Assembly (NCBI GenBank): GCA_964016885.1
Contig: OZ024740.1
Location: 1,426,001 to 1,490,000 of the forward strand
Length of the DNA: 64,000 nucleotides
Reading direction: 5' to 3'
DNA from: Eledone cirrhosa
Lineage: Eukaryota
Position 1 is the first letter of the stretch. Every line of letters begins with the position of its first letter. This document shows, piece by piece, positions 15,001 to 30,327 of the stretch. Under the pieces are notes generated by a model. It made no database searches. It was given only the letters and a program-made list of their open reading frames with translations, and was not told where the DNA came from. The position numbers were made by a program, and so were the translations under genes.

Positions 15001-18000
15001 ACATACAACAGGTGTACGCCTAGTCCTGTCCCCTATATCATGTGACATACAACAGGTGTACCCCTAGTCCTGTCCCCTATATCATGTGACATACAACAGG
15101 TGTACCCCTAATTCTGTCCCCTATATCATGTGACATACAACAGGTGTACCCCTAGTTCTGTCCCCTATATCATGTGACATACAACAGGTGTACCCCTAGT
15201 CCTGTCCCCTGTATCATGTGACATACAACAGGTGTAACCTCTAGTTCTGTCCCCTATATCATGTGACATACAACAGGTGTACCCCTAGTTCTGTCCCCTA
15301 TATCATGTGACATACAACAGGTATACCCCTAGTTCTGTCCCCTATATCATGTGACATACAACAGGTGTACCCCTAGTTCAGTCCCCTATATCATGTGGCA
15401 TACAACAGGTGTACCCCTAATTCTGTCACCTGTATCATGTGACATACAACAGGTGTACTCCTAGTCCTGTCCCCTGTATCATGTGACATACAACAGGTGT
15501 ACCCCTAGTTCTGGCCCCTATATCATGTGACATACAACAGGTTTACCCCTAGTCCTGTCCCCTGTGTCATATGGCATACAACAGGTGTACCCCTAGTCCT
15601 GTCCCCTATATCATGTGACATACAACAGGTGTACTCCTAGTCCTGTCCCCTATATCATGTGACATACAACAGGTGTACCCCTAGTCCTGTACCCTATATC
15701 ATGTGACATACAACATGTGTACCCCTAGTCCTGTCCCCTATATCATGTGACATACAACAGGTTTACCCCTAGTTCTGTCCTCTGTGTCATGTGATATACA
15801 ACAGGTGTACCCCTAGTTCTGTCCCCTATATCATGTGACATACAACAGGTGTACCCCTAGTCCTGTCCCCTATATCATGTGACATACAACAGGTGTACCC
15901 CTAGTCCTGTTCCCTGTGTCATGTGACATACAACAGGTGTACCCCTAGTTCTGTCCCCTATATCATGTGACATACAACAGGTGTACCCCTAGTCCTGTCC
16001 CCTGTATCATGTGACATACAACAGGTGTACCCCTAGTTCTGTCCCCTATATCATGTGACATACAACAGGTGTACCCCTAGTTCTGTCCCCAGTATCATGT
16101 GACATGCAACAGGTGTACCCCTAGTCCTGTCCCCTGTGTCATGTGACATACAACAGGTGTACCCCTAGTCCTGTCCCCTATATCATGTGACATACAACAG
16201 GTGTACCCCTAGTCCTGTCCCCTGTATCATGTGACATACAACAGGTGTGCCCCTAGTTCTGTCCCCTGTATCATGTGACATACAACAGGTGTACCCCTAG
16301 TCCTGTCCCCTATATCATGTGACATACAACAGGTGTACCCCTAGTCCTGTTCCCTGTGTCATGTGACATACAACAGGTGTACCCCTAGTTCTGTCCCCTA
16401 TATCATGTGACATACAACAGGTGTACCCCTAGTCCTGTCCCCTGTATCATGTGACATACAACAGGTGTACCCCTAGTTCTGTCCCCTATATCATGTGACA
16501 TAGAACAGGTGTACCCCTAGTTCTGTCCCCAGTATCATGTGACATACAACAGGTGTACCCCTAGTCCTGTCCCCTGTGTCATGTGACATACAACAGGTGT
16601 ACCCCTAGTCCTGTCCCCTATATCATGTGACATACAACAGGTGTACCCCTAGTCCTGTCCCCTGTGTCATGTGACATACAACAGGTGTACCTCTAGTTCT
16701 GTCCCCTATATCATGTGACATACAACAGGTGTACCCCTAGTTCTGTCCCCTATATCACGTGACATACAACATGTGTACCCCTAGTCCTGTCCCCTGTGTC
16801 ATGTGACATACAACAGGTGTACCCCTAGTTCTGTCCCCTGTGTCATGTGACATACAACAGGTGTACCCCTAGTTCTGTCCCCTATATCATGTGACATACA
16901 ACAGGTGTACCCCTAGTCCTGTCCCCTATATCATGTGACATACAACAGGTGTACCCCTAGTCCTGTTCCCTGTGTCATGTGACATACAACAGGTGTACCC
17001 CTAGTCCTGTCCCGTGTCATGTGACATACAACAGGTGTACCCCTAGTCCTGTTCCCTGTATCATGTGATATACAACAGGTGTACCCCTAGTTCTGTCCCC
17101 TGTGTCATGTGACATACAACAGGTGTACCCCTAGTCCTGAACCCTATATCATGTGACATACAACAGGTGTACCCCTAGTTCTGTCCCCTATATCATCTGA
17201 CATACAACAGGTGTACCCCTAGTCCTGTCCCCTGTGTCATGTGACATACAACAGGTGTACCCCTAGTCCTGTCCCCTGTGTCATGTGACATACAACAGGT
17301 GTACCCCTAGTCCTGTCCCCTGTATCATGTGATATACAACAGGTGTACCCCTAGTTCTGTCCCCTGTATCATGTGATATACAACAGGTGTTCCTCTAGTC
17401 CTGTCCCGTGTCATGTGACATACAACAGGTGTACCCCTAGTCCTGTCCCCTGTATCATGTGACATACAACAGGTGTAACCTCTAGTTCTGTCCCCTATAT
17501 CATGTGACATACAACAGGTGTACCCCTAGTTCTGTCCCCTATATCATGTGACATACAACAGGTATACCCCTAGTTCTGTCCCCTATATCATGTGACATAC
17601 AACAGGTGTACCCCTAGTTCAGTCCCCTATATCATGTGGCATACAACAGGTGTACCCCTAATTCTGTCCCCTGTATCATGTGACATACAACAGGTGTACT
17701 CCTAGTCCTGTCCCCTGTATCATGTGACATACAACAGGTGTACCCCTAGTTCTGGCCCCTATATCATGTGACATACAACAGGTTTACCCCTAGTCCTGTC
17801 CCCTGTGTCATATGGCATACAACAGGTGTACCCCTAGTCCTGTCCCCTATATCATGTGACATACAACAGGTGTACTCCTAGTCCTGTCCCCTATATCATG
17901 TGACATACAACAGGTGTACCCCTAGTCCTGTACCCTATATCATGTGACATACAACATGTGTACCCCTAGTCCTGTCCCCTATATCATGTGACATACAACA

Positions 18001-21000
18001 GGTTTACCCCTAGTTCTGTCCTCTGTGTCATGTGATATACAACAGGTGTACCCCTAGTTCTGTCCCCTATATCATGTGACATACAACAGGTGTACCCCTA
18101 GTCCTGTCCCCTATATCATGTGACATACAACAGGTGTACCCCTAGTCCTGTTCCCTGTGTCATGTGACATACAACAGGTGTACCCCTAGTTCTGTCCCCT
18201 ATATCATGTGACATACAACAGGTGTACCCCTAGTCCTGTCCCCTGTATCATGTGACATACAACAGGTGTACCCCTAGTTCTGTCCCCTATATCATGTGAC
18301 ATACAACAGGTGTACCCCTAGTTCTGTCCCCAGTATCATGTGACATGCAACAGGTGTACCCCTAGTCCTGTCCCCTGTGTCATGTGACATACAACAGGTG
18401 TACCCCTAGTCCTGTCCCCTATATCATGTGACATACAACAGGTGTACCCCTAGTCCTGTCCCCTGTATCATGTGACATACAACAGGTGTACCCCTAGTTC
18501 TGTCCCCTGTATCATGTGACATACAACAGGTGTACCCCTAGTCCTGTCCCCTATATCATGTGACATACAACAGGTGTACCCCTAGTCCTGTTCCCTGTGT
18601 CATGTGACATACAACAGGTGTACCCCTAGTTCTGTCCCCTATATCATGTGACATACAACAGGTGTACCCCTAGTCCTGTCCCCTGTATCATGTGACATAC
18701 AACAGGTGTACCCCTAGTTCTGTCCCCTATATCATGTGACATAGAACAGGTGTACCCCTAGTTCTGTCCCCAGTATCATGTGACATACAACAGGTGTACC
18801 CCTAGTCCTGTCCCCTGTGTCATGTGACATACAACAGGTGTACCCCTAGTCCTGTCCCCTATATCATGTGACATACAACAGGTGTACCCCTAGTCCTGTC
18901 CCCTGTATCATGTGACATACAACAGGTGTACCCCTAGTTCTGTCCCCTATATCATGTGACATACAACAGGTGTACCCCTAGTCCTGTCCCCTGTGTCATG
19001 TGACATACAACAGGTGTACCCCTAGTTCTGTCCCCTATATCATGTGACATACAACAGGTGTACCCCTAGTCCTGTTCCCTGTGTCATGTGACATACAACA
19101 GGTGTACCCCTAGTTCTGTCCCCTGTGTCATGTGACATACAACAGGTGTACCCCTAGTTCTGTCCCCTATATCATGTGACATACAACAGGTGTACCCCTA
19201 GTTCTGTCCCCTATATCATGTGACATACAACAGGTGTACCCCTAGTTCTGTCCCCTATATCATGTGACATACAACAGGTGTACCCCTAGTCCTGTCCCCT
19301 ATATCATGTGACATACAACAGGTGTACCCCTAGTCCTGTTCCCTGTGTCATGTGACATACAACAGGTGTACCTCTAGTCCTGTCCCCTGTATCATGTGAC
19401 ATACAACAGGTGTACCCCTAGTCCTGTCCCCTATATCATGTGACATACAACAGGTGTACCCCTAGTCCTGTTCCCTGTTTCATGTGACATACAACAGGTG
19501 TACCCCTAGTCCTGTCCCCTGTGTCATGTGACATACAACAGGTGTACCCCTAGTCCTGTCCCCTGTGTCATGTGACATACAACAGGTGTACCCCTAGTCC
19601 TGTCCCCTGTGTCATGTGACATACAACAGGTGTACCCCTAGTCCTGTCCCCTGTGTCATGTGACATACAACAGGTGTACCCCTAGTCCTGTCCCCTGTGT
19701 CATGTGACATACAACAGGTGTACCCCTAGTCCTGTCCCCTGTGTCATGTGACATACAACAGGTGTACCCCTAGTCCTGTCCCCTGTGTCATGTGACATAC
19801 AACAGGTGTACCCCTAGTCCTGTCCCCTGTGTCATGTGACATACAACAGGTGTACCCCTAGTCCTGTCCCCTGTGTCATGTGACATACAACAGGTGTATC
19901 CCTAGTCCTGTCCCCTGTGTCATGTGACATACAACAGGTGTACCCCTAGTCCTGTCCCCTATATCATGTGACATACAACAGGTGTACCCCTAGTTCTGTC
20001 CCCTATATCATGTGACATACAACAGGTGTACCCCTAGTCCTGTCCCCTGTGTCATGTGGCATACATCAGGTGTACCCCTAGTTCTGTCCCCTATATCATG
20101 TGACATACAACAGGTGTACCCCTAGTTCTGTCCCCTATATCATGTGACATACAACAGGTGTACCCCTAGTTCTGTCCCCTGTATCATGTGACATACAACA
20201 GGTGTACCCCTAGTCCTGTCCCCTGTATCATGTGACATACAACAGGTGTACCCCTAGTCCTGTCCCCTATATCATGTGACATACAACAGGTGTACCCCTA
20301 GTCCTGTCCGCTATATCATGTGACATACAACAGGTGTACCCCTAGTCCTGTCCCCTGTGTCATGTGACATACAACAGGTGTACCCCTAGTCCTGTCCCCT
20401 GTGTCATGTGACATACAACAGGTGTACCCCTAGTCCTGTCCCCTGTGTCATGTGACATACAACAGGTGTACCCCTAGTCCTGTCCCCTATATCATGTGAC
20501 ATACAACAGGTGTACTCCTAGTCTTGTCCCCTATATCATGTGACATACAACAGGTGTACCCCTAGTCCTGTCCCCTATATCATGTGACATACAACAGGTG
20601 TACCCCTAGTCCTGTCCCCTGTGTCATGTGACATACAACAGGTGTACCCCTAGTCCTGTCCCCTATATCATGTGACATACAACAGGTGTACCCCTAGTTC
20701 TGTCCCCTGTATCATGTGACATACAACAGGTGTACCCCTAGTCCTGTCCCCTATATCATGTGACATAAAACAGGTGTACTCCTAGTTCTGTCCCCTGTAT
20801 CATGTGACATACAACAGATGTACCCCTAGTCCTGTTCCCTATATCATGTGACATACAACAGGTGTACCCCTATATCATGTGACATAAACATGTGTACCCC
20901 TAGTCCTGTCCCTTATATCATGTGACATACAACAGGTGTACCCCTAGTTCTGTCTCCTATATCATGTGACATACAACAGGTGTACCCCTAGTCCTGTCCC

Positions 21001-24000
21001 CTATATCATGTGACATACAACGTGTGTACCCCTAGTCCTGTCCCCTGTATCATGTGACATACAACAGGTGTACCCCTAGTCCTGTCCCCTGTATCATGTG
21101 ACATACAACAGGTGTACCCCTAGTCCTGTCCCCTGTATCATGTGACATACAACAGGTGTACCCCTAGTCCTGTCCTCTGTGTCATGTGACATACAACAGG
21201 TGTACCCCTAGTTCTGTCCCCTATATCATGTGACATACAACAGGTGTACCCCTAGTCCTGTCCCCTGTATCATGTGACATACAACAGGTGTACCCCTAGT
21301 TCTGTCCCCTATATCATGTGACATACAACAGGTGTACCCCTAGTTCTGTCCCCTATATCATGTGACATACAACAGGTGTACCCCTAGTCCTGTCCCCTGT
21401 GTCATGTGACATGCAACACGTGTACCCCTAGTCCTGTCCCCTGTATCATGTGATATACAACAGGTGTACCCCTAGTCCTATCCTCTGTGTCATGTGACAT
21501 ACAACAGGTGTACCCCTAGTCCTGTCCCCTGTGTCATGTGACATACAACAGGTGTACCTCTAGTTCTGTCCCCTATATCATGTGACATACAACAGGTGTA
21601 CCCCTAGTTCTGTCCTCTGTGTCATGTGAGATACAACAGGTGTACCTCTAGTTCTGTCCCGTATATCATGTGACATACAACAGGTGTACCCCTAGTCCTG
21701 TCCCCTGTGTCATGTGACATACAACAGGTGTACCTCTAGTTCTGTCCCCTATATCATGTGACATACAACAGGTGTACCCCTAGTCCTGTCCCCTGTATCA
21801 TGTGACATACAACAGGTGTACCCCTAGTCCTGTCCCCTGTATCATGTGACATACAACAGGTGTACCCCTAGTCCTGTCCTCTGTGTCATGGGACATACAA
21901 CAGGTGTACCTCTAGTTCTGTCCCCTATATCATGTGACATACAACAGGTGTACCCCTAGTCCTGTCCTCTGTGTCATGTGACATACAACAGGTGTACCTC
22001 TAGTTCTGTCCCCTATATCATGTGACATACAACAGATGTACCCCTAGTTCTGTCCCCTGTGTCATGTGACATACAACAGGTGTACCTCTAGTTCTGTCCC
22101 CTGTATCATGTGACATACAACAGGTGTACCCCTAGTTCTGTCCTCTGTGTCATGTGACATACAACAGGTGTACCTCTAGTTCTGTCCCCTATATCATGTG
22201 ACATACAACAGATGTACCCCTAGTTCTGTCCCCTGTGTCATGTGACATACAACAGGTGTACCTCTAGTTCTGTCCCCTATATCATGTGACATACAACAGG
22301 TGTACCCCTAGTTCTGTCCCCTATATCACGTGACATACAACATGTGTACCCCTAGTCCTGTCCCCTGTGTCATGTGACATACAACAGGTGTACCCCTAGT
22401 TCTGTCCCCTGTGTCATGTGACATACAACAGGTGTACCCCTAGTTCTGTCCCCTATATCATGTGACATACAACAGGTGTACCCATAGTCCTGTCCCCTGT
22501 GTCATGTGATATACAACAGGTGTACCCCTAGTCCTGTCCACTGTGTCATGTGATATACAACAGGTGTACCCCTAGTCCTGTTCCCTGTGTCATGTGACAT
22601 ACAACAGGTGTACCCCTAGTCCTGTCCCGTGTCATGTGACATACAACAGGTGTACCCCTAGTCCTGTCCCGTGTCATGTGACATACAACAGGTGTACCCC
22701 TAGTCCTGTCCCCTGTATCATGTGATATACAACAGGTGTACCCCTAGTCCTGTCCCCTGTGTCATGTGACATACAACAGGTGTACCCCTAGTCCTGTCCC
22801 CTATATCATGTGACATACAACAGGTGTACCCCTAGTCCTGTCCCCTGTGTCATGTGACATACAACAGGTGTACCCCTAGTCCTGTCCCCTGTGTCATGTG
22901 ACATACAACAGGTGTACCCCTAGTCCTGTCCCCTATATCATGTGACATACAACAGATGTACCCCTAGTTCTGTCCTCTGTGTCATGTGACATACAACAGG
23001 TGTACCCCTAGTTCTGTCCCCTGTGTCATGTGACATACAACAGGTGTACCCCTAGTCCTGTCCCCTATATCATGTGACATACAACAGGTGTACCCCTAGT
23101 CCTGTCCCCTATATCATGTGACATACAACAGGTGTACCCCTAGTCCTGTCCCCTATATCATGTGGCATACAACAGGTGTACCCCTAGTCCTGTCCCCTGT
23201 GTCATGTGACATACAACAGGTGTACCCCTAGTCCTGTCCCCTATATCATGTGACATACAACAGGTGTACCCATAGTCCTGTCCCCTGTGTCATGTGACAT
23301 ACAACAGGTGTTCCTCTAGTCCTGTCCCCTGTATCATGTGATATACAACAGGTGTACCCCTAGTCCTGTCCCCTGTGTCATGTGACATACAACAGGTGTA
23401 CCCCTAGTCCTGTCCCCTGTGTCATGTGGCATACAACAGGTGTACCCCTAGTCCTGTCCCCTGTATCATGTGATATACAACAGGTGTACCCCTAGTCCTG
23501 TCCCCTGTGTCATGTGACATACAACAGGTGTACCCCTAGTCCTGTCCCCTGTGTCATGTGGCATACAACAGGTGTACCCCTAGTCCTGTCCCCTGTGTCA
23601 TGTGACATACAACAGGTGTACCCCTAGTCCTGTCCCCTATATCATGTCACATACAACAGGTGTACGCCTAGTCCTGTCCCCTATATCATGTGACATACAA
23701 CAGGTGTACCCCTAGTCCTGTCCCCTATATCATGTGACATACAACAGGTGTACCCCTAATTCTGTCCCCTATATCATGTGACATACAACAGGTGTACCCC
23801 TAGTTCTGTCCCCTATATCATGTGACATACAACAGGTGTACCCCTAGTCCTGTCCCCTGTATCATGTGACATACAACAGGTGTAACCTCTAGTTCTGTCC
23901 CCTATATCATGTGACATACAACAGGTGTACCCCTAGTTCTGTCCCCTATATCATGTGACATACAACAGGTATACCCCTAGTTCTGTCCCCTATATCATGT

Positions 24001-27000
24001 GACATACAACAGGTGTACCCCTAGTTCAGTCCCCTATATCATGTGGCATACAACAGGTGTACCCCTAATTCTGTCACCTGTATCATGTGACATACAACAG
24101 GTGTACTCCTAGTCCTGTCCCCTGTATCATGTGACATACAACAGGTGTACCCCTAGTTCTGGCCCCTATATCATGTGACATACAACAGGTTTACCCCTAG
24201 TCCTGTCCCCTGTGTCATATGGCATACAACAGGTGTACCCCTAGTCCTGTCCCCTATATCATGTGACATACAACAGGTGTACTCCTAGTCCTGTCCCCTA
24301 TATCATGTGACATACAACAGGTGTACCCCTAGTCCTGTACCCTATATCATGTGACATACAACATGTGTACCCCTAGTCCTGTCCCCTATATCATGTGACA
24401 TACAACAGGTTTACCCCTAGTTCTGTCCTCTGTGTCATGTGATATACAACAGGTGTACCCCTAGTTCTGTCCCCTATATCATGTGACATACAACAGGTGT
24501 ACCCCTAGTCCTGTCCCCTATATCATGTGACATACAACAGGTGTACCCCTAGTCCTGTTCCCTGTGTCATGTGACATACAACAGGTGTACCCCTAGTTCT
24601 GTCCCCTATATCATGTGACATACAACAGGTGTACCCCTAGTCCTGTCCCCTGTATCATGTGACATACAACAGGTGTACCCCTAGTTCTGTCCCCTATATC
24701 ATGTGACATACAACAGGTGTACCCCTAGTTCTGTCCCCAGTATCATGTGACATGCAACAGGTGTACCCCTAGTCCTGTCCCCTGTGTCATGTGACATACA
24801 ACAGGTGTACCCCTAGTCCTGTCCCCTATATCATGTGACATACAACAGGTGTACCCCTAGTCCTGTCCCCTGTATCATGTGACATACAACAGGTGTGCCC
24901 CTAGTTCTGTCCCCTGTATCATGTGACATACAACAGGTGTACCCCTAGTCCTGTCCCCTATATCATGTGACATACAACAGGTGTACCCCTAGTCCTGTTC
25001 CCTGTGTCATGTGACATACAACAGGTGTACCCCTAGTTCTGTCCCCTATATCATGTGACATACAACAGGTGTACCCCTAGTCCTGTCCCCTGTATCATGT
25101 GACATACAACAGGTGTACCCCTAGTTCTGTCCCCTATATCATGTGACATAGAACAGGTGTACCCCTAGTTCTGTCCCCAGTATCATGTGACATACAACAG
25201 GTGTACCCCTAGTCCTGTCCCCTGTGTCATGTGACATACAACAGGTGTACCCCTAGTCCTGTCCCCTATATCATGTGACATACAACAGGTGTACCCCTAG
25301 TCCTGTCCCCTGTGTCATGTGACATACAACAGGTGTACCTCTAGTTCTGTCCCCTATATCATGTGACATACAACAGGTGTACCCCTAGTTCTGTCCCCTA
25401 TATCACGTGACATACAACATGTGTACCCCTAGTCCTGTCCCCTGTGTCATGTGACATACAACAGGTGTACCCCTAGTTCTGTCCCCTGTGTCATGTGACA
25501 TACAACAGGTGTACCCCTAGTTCTGTCCCCTATATCATGTGACATACAACAGGTGTACCCCTAGTCCTGTCCCCTATATCATGTGACATACAACAGGTGT
25601 ACCCCTAGTCCTGTTCCCTGTGTCATGTGACATACAACAGGTGTACCCCTAGTCCTGTCCCGTGTCATGTGACATACAACAGGTGTACCCCTAGTCCTGT
25701 TCCCTGTATCATGTGATATACAACAGGTGTACCCCTAGTTCTGTCCCCTGTGTCATGTGACATACAACAGGTGTACCCCTAGTCCTGAACCCTATATCAT
25801 GTGACATACAACAGGTGTACCCCTAGTTCTGTCCCCTATATCATCTGACATACAACAGGTGTACCCCTAGTCCTGTCCCCTGTGTCATGTGACATACAAC
25901 AGGTGTACCCCTAGTCCTGTCCCCTGTGTCATGTGACATACAACAGGTGTACCCCTAGTCCTGTCCCCTGTATCATGTGATATACAACAGGTGTACCCCT
26001 AGTTCTGTCCCCTGTATCATGTGATATACAACAGGTGTTCCTCTAGTCCTGTCCCGTGTCATGTGACATACAACAGGTGTACCCCTAGTCCTGTCCCCTG
26101 TATCATGTGACATACAACAGGTGTAACCTCTAGTTCTGTCCCCTATATCATGTGACATACAACAGGTGTACCCCTAGTTCTGTCCCCTATATCATGTGAC
26201 ATACAACAGGTATACCCCTAGTTCTGTCCCCTATATCATGTGACATACAACAGGTGTACCCCTAGTTCAGTCCCCTATATCATGTGGCATACAACAGGTG
26301 TACCCCTAATTCTGTCCCCTGTATCATGTGACATACAACAGGTGTACTCCTAGTCCTGTCCCCTGTATCATGTGACATACAACAGGTGTACCCCTAGTTC
26401 TGGCCCCTATATCATGTGACATACAACAGGTTTACCCCTAGTCCTGTCCCCTGTGTCATATGGCATACAACAGGTGTACCCCTAGTCCTGTCCCCTATAT
26501 CATGTGACATACAACAGGTGTACTCCTAGTCCTGTCCCCTATATCATGTGACATACAACAGGTGTACCCCTAGTCCTGTACCCTATATCATGTGACATAC
26601 AACATGTGTACCCCTAGTCCTGTCCCCTATATCATGTGACATACAACAGGTTTACCCCTAGTTCTGTCCTCTGTGTCATGTGATATACAACAGGTGTACC
26701 CCTAGTTCTGTCCCCTATATCATGTGACATACAACAGGTGTACCCCTAGTCCTGTCCCCTATATCATGTGACATACAACAGGTGTACCCCTAGTCCTGTT
26801 CCCTGTGTCATGTGACATACAACAGGTGTACCCCTAGTTCTGTCCCCTATATCATGTGACATACAACAGGTGTACCCCTAGTCCTGTCCCCTGTATCATG
26901 TGACATACAACAGGTGTACCCCTAGTTCTGTCCCCTATATCATGTGACATACAACAGGTGTACCCCTAGTTCTGTCCCCAGTATCATGTGACATGCAACA

Positions 27001-29839
27001 GGTGTACCCCTAGTCCTGTCCCCTGTGTCATGTGACATACAACAGGTGTACCCCTAGTCCTGTCCCCTATATCATGTGACATACAACAGGTGTACCCCTA
27101 GTCCTGTCCCCTGTATCATGTGACATACAACAGGTGTACCCCTAGTTCTGTCCCCTGTATCATGTGACATACAACAGGTGTACCCCTAGTCCTGTCCCCT
27201 ATATCATGTGACATACAACAGGTGTACCCCTAGTCCTGTTCCCTGTGTCATGTGACATACAACAGGTGTACCCCTAGTTCTGTCCCCTATATCATGTGAC
27301 ATACAACAGGTGTACCCCTAGTCCTGTCCCCTGTATCATGTGACATACAACAGGTGTACCCCTAGTTCTGTCCCCTATATCATGTGACATAGAACAGGTG
27401 TACCCCTAGTTCTGTCCCCAGTATCATGTGACATACAACAGGTGTACCCCTAGTCCTGTCCCCTGTGTCATGTGACATACAACAGGTGTACCCCTAGTCC
27501 TGTCCCCTATATCATGTGACATACAACAGGTGTACCCCTAGTCCTGTCCCCTGTATCATGTGACATACAACAGGTGTACCCCTAGTTCTGTCCCCTATAT
27601 CATGTGACATACAACAGGTGTACCCCTAGTCCTGTCCCCTGTGTCATGTGACATACAACAGGTGTACCCCTAGTTCTGTCCCCTATATCATGTGACATAC
27701 AACAGGTGTACCCCTAGTCCTGTTCCCTGTGTCATGTGACATACAACAGGTGTACCCCTAGTTCTGTCCCCTGTGTCATGTGACATACAACAGGTGTACC
27801 CCTAGTTCTGTCCCCTATATCATGTGACATACAACAGGTGTACCCCTAGTTCTGTCCCCTATATCATGTGACATACAACAGGTGTACCCCTAGTTCTGTC
27901 CCCTATATCATGTGACATACAACAGGTGTACCCCTAGTCCTGTCCCCTATATCATGTGACATACAACAGGTGTACCCCTAGTCCTGTTCCCTGTGTCATG
28001 TGACATACAACAGGTGTACCTCTAGTCCTGTCCCCTGTATCATGTGACATACAACAGGTGTACCCCTAGTCCTGTCCCCTATATCATGTGACATACAACA
28101 GGTGTACCCCTAGTCCTGTTCCCTGTTTCATGTGACATACAACAGGTGTACCCCTAGTCCTGTCCCCTGTGTCATGTGACATACAACAGGTGTACCCCTA
28201 GTCCTGTCCCCTGTGTCATGTGACATACAACAGGTGTACCCCTAGTCCTGTCCCCTGTGTCATGTGACATACAACAGGTGTACCCCTAGTCCTGTCCCCT
28301 GTGTCATGTGACATACAACAGGTGTACCCCTAGTCCTGTCCCCTGTGTCATGTGACATACAACAGGTGTACCCCTAGTCCTGTCCCCTGTGTCATGTGAC
28401 ATACAACAGGTGTACCCCTAGTCCTGTCCCCTGTGTCATGTGACATACAACAGGTGTACCCCTAGTCCTGTCCCCTGTGTCATGTGACATACAACAGGTG
28501 TACCCCTAGTCCTGTCCCCTGTGTCATGTGACATACAACAGGTGTACCCCTAGTCCTGTCCCCTGTGTCATGTGACATACAACAGGTGTACCTCTAGTCC
28601 TGTCCCCTATATCATGTGACATACAACAGGTGTACCCCTAGTTCTGTCCCCTATATCATGTGACATACAACAGGTGTACCCCTAGTCCTGTCCCCTGTGT
28701 CATGTGGCATACATCAGGTGTACCCCTAGTTCTGTCCCCTATATCATGTGACATACAACAGGTGTACCCCTAGTTCTGTCCCCTATATCATGTGACATAC
28801 AACAGGTGTACCCCTAGTTCTGTCCCCTGTATCATGTGACATACAACAGGTGTACCCCTAGTCCTGTCCCCTGTATCATGTGACATACAACAGGTGTACC
28901 CCTAGTCCTGTCCCCTATATCATGTGACATACAACAGGTGTACCCCTAGTCCTGTCCGCTATATCATGTGACATACAACAGGTGTACCCCTAGTCCTGTC
29001 CCCTGTGTCATGTGACATACAACAGGTGTACCCCTAGTCCTGTCCCCTGTGTCATGTGACATACAACAGGTGTACCCCTAGTCCTGTCCCCTATATCATG
29101 TGACATACAACAGGTGTACCCCTAGTCCTGTCCCCTGTGTCATGTGACATACAACAGGTGTACCCCTAGTCCTGTCCCCTATATCATGTGACATACAACA
29201 GGTGTACTCCTAGTCTTGTCCCCTATATCATGTGACATACAACAGGTGTACCCCTAGTCCTGTCCCCTATATCATGTGACATACAACAGGTGTACCCCTA
29301 GTCCTGTCCCCTGTGTCATGTGACATACAACAGGTGTACCCCTAGTCCTGTCCCCTATATCATGTGACATACAACAGGTGTACCCCTAGTTCTGTCCCCT
29401 GTATCATGTGACATACAACAGGTGTACCCCTAGTCCTGTCCCCTATATCATGTGACATAAAACAGGTGTACTCCTAGTTCTGTCCCCTGTATCATGTGAC
29501 ATACAACAGGTGTACCCCTAGTCCTGTCCCCTATATCATGTGACATACAACAGGTGTACCCCTAGTTCTGTCCCCTATATCATGTGACATACAATAGGTG
29601 TACCCCTAGTTCTGTCCCCTATATCATGTGACATACAACAGGTGTACCCCTAGTCCTGTCCCCTGTGTCATGTGACATACAACAGGTGTACCCCTAGTCC
29701 TGTCCCCTGTGTCATGTGACATACAACAGGTGTACCCCTATTTCTGTCCCCTATATCATGTGACATACAACAGGTGTACCCCTAGTCCTGTCCCCTGTGT
29801 CATGTGACATACAACAGATGTACCCCTAGTCCTGTCCCC
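1..29839. repeat. 44-bp tandem satellite, about 680 copies, running off the window start
   Basis: Consensus TGACATACAACAGGTGTACCCCTAGT(C/T)CTGTCCCCT(A/G)T(A/G)TCATG repeats with period 44. It ends at ...CCTGTCCCC at 29839. Confidence 0.99.
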
Positions 29840-29882
29840 AAAATGGTATTTTTCTCAAATGTTTTAAACATATTTACTGCAG

Positions 29883-29968
29883 CCTCAGAGAAAAGTGATT
29901 GTCGAAGACTTGTCAATGAATTTATGTCATCTTCACTCCATGGTCAGATTGATGACATCAAGGGAATT
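29883..29968 (+). CDS. OSBPL1A: OSBPL1A/ORP1L-like internal exon (ankyrin region)
   Basis: Acceptor tttactgcag and donor gtaagt. Encodes (A)SEKSDCRRLVNEFMSSSLHGQIDDIKGI. Ends in phase 0, matching the next exon. Confidence 0.8.
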
Positions 29969-30007
29969 GTAAGTTATATACACTTTATTATTATTATTAT
30001 TATGTTT

Positions 30008-30200
30008 GTGGATTGGCAGTATCAGTTGAGTGTTGGACAACATGCTTTGCAGCATAGAGCTACGGCCCTTTACGTCCTGAGTTCAAATCCTGCCAAGGTT
30101 AGCTTTGCCTTTCACATCCTTACGGGATCAATAAAATAAAGTACCAGTAATACACTGGGGTCAATTTAATCGACTTTCCATTTCCCCCAATCAGAAACAT
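30008..30200 (+). mobile_element. SINE, Nin/Deu-domain-like family
   Basis: A-box-like TGGCAGTATCAGT, B-box GAGTTCAAATCC, core GCCTTTCA..GGGATCAATAAAATAAAGTACCAG, followed by (ATT)n. Similar to copies near 45320 and 47322. Confidence 0.7.
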
Positions 30201-30327
30201 TTATTATTATTATTACATTTTGAATTTAGTCAAAAGGCCAAGAAGCGATATTATAAGTACCAGTAATGCACTGGGTTGATATAATCAACTTTGCCGTTCC
30301 CTCAAATTTGCTGGCCTTGTACTTTAA

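Noticed and set aside
1-29839. CRISPR-like array, or the 61-aa ORFs at 17325 and 25973
   Set aside because: There are no unique spacers or cas genes and the context is eukaryotic. The ORFs are chance frames duplicated with the array.
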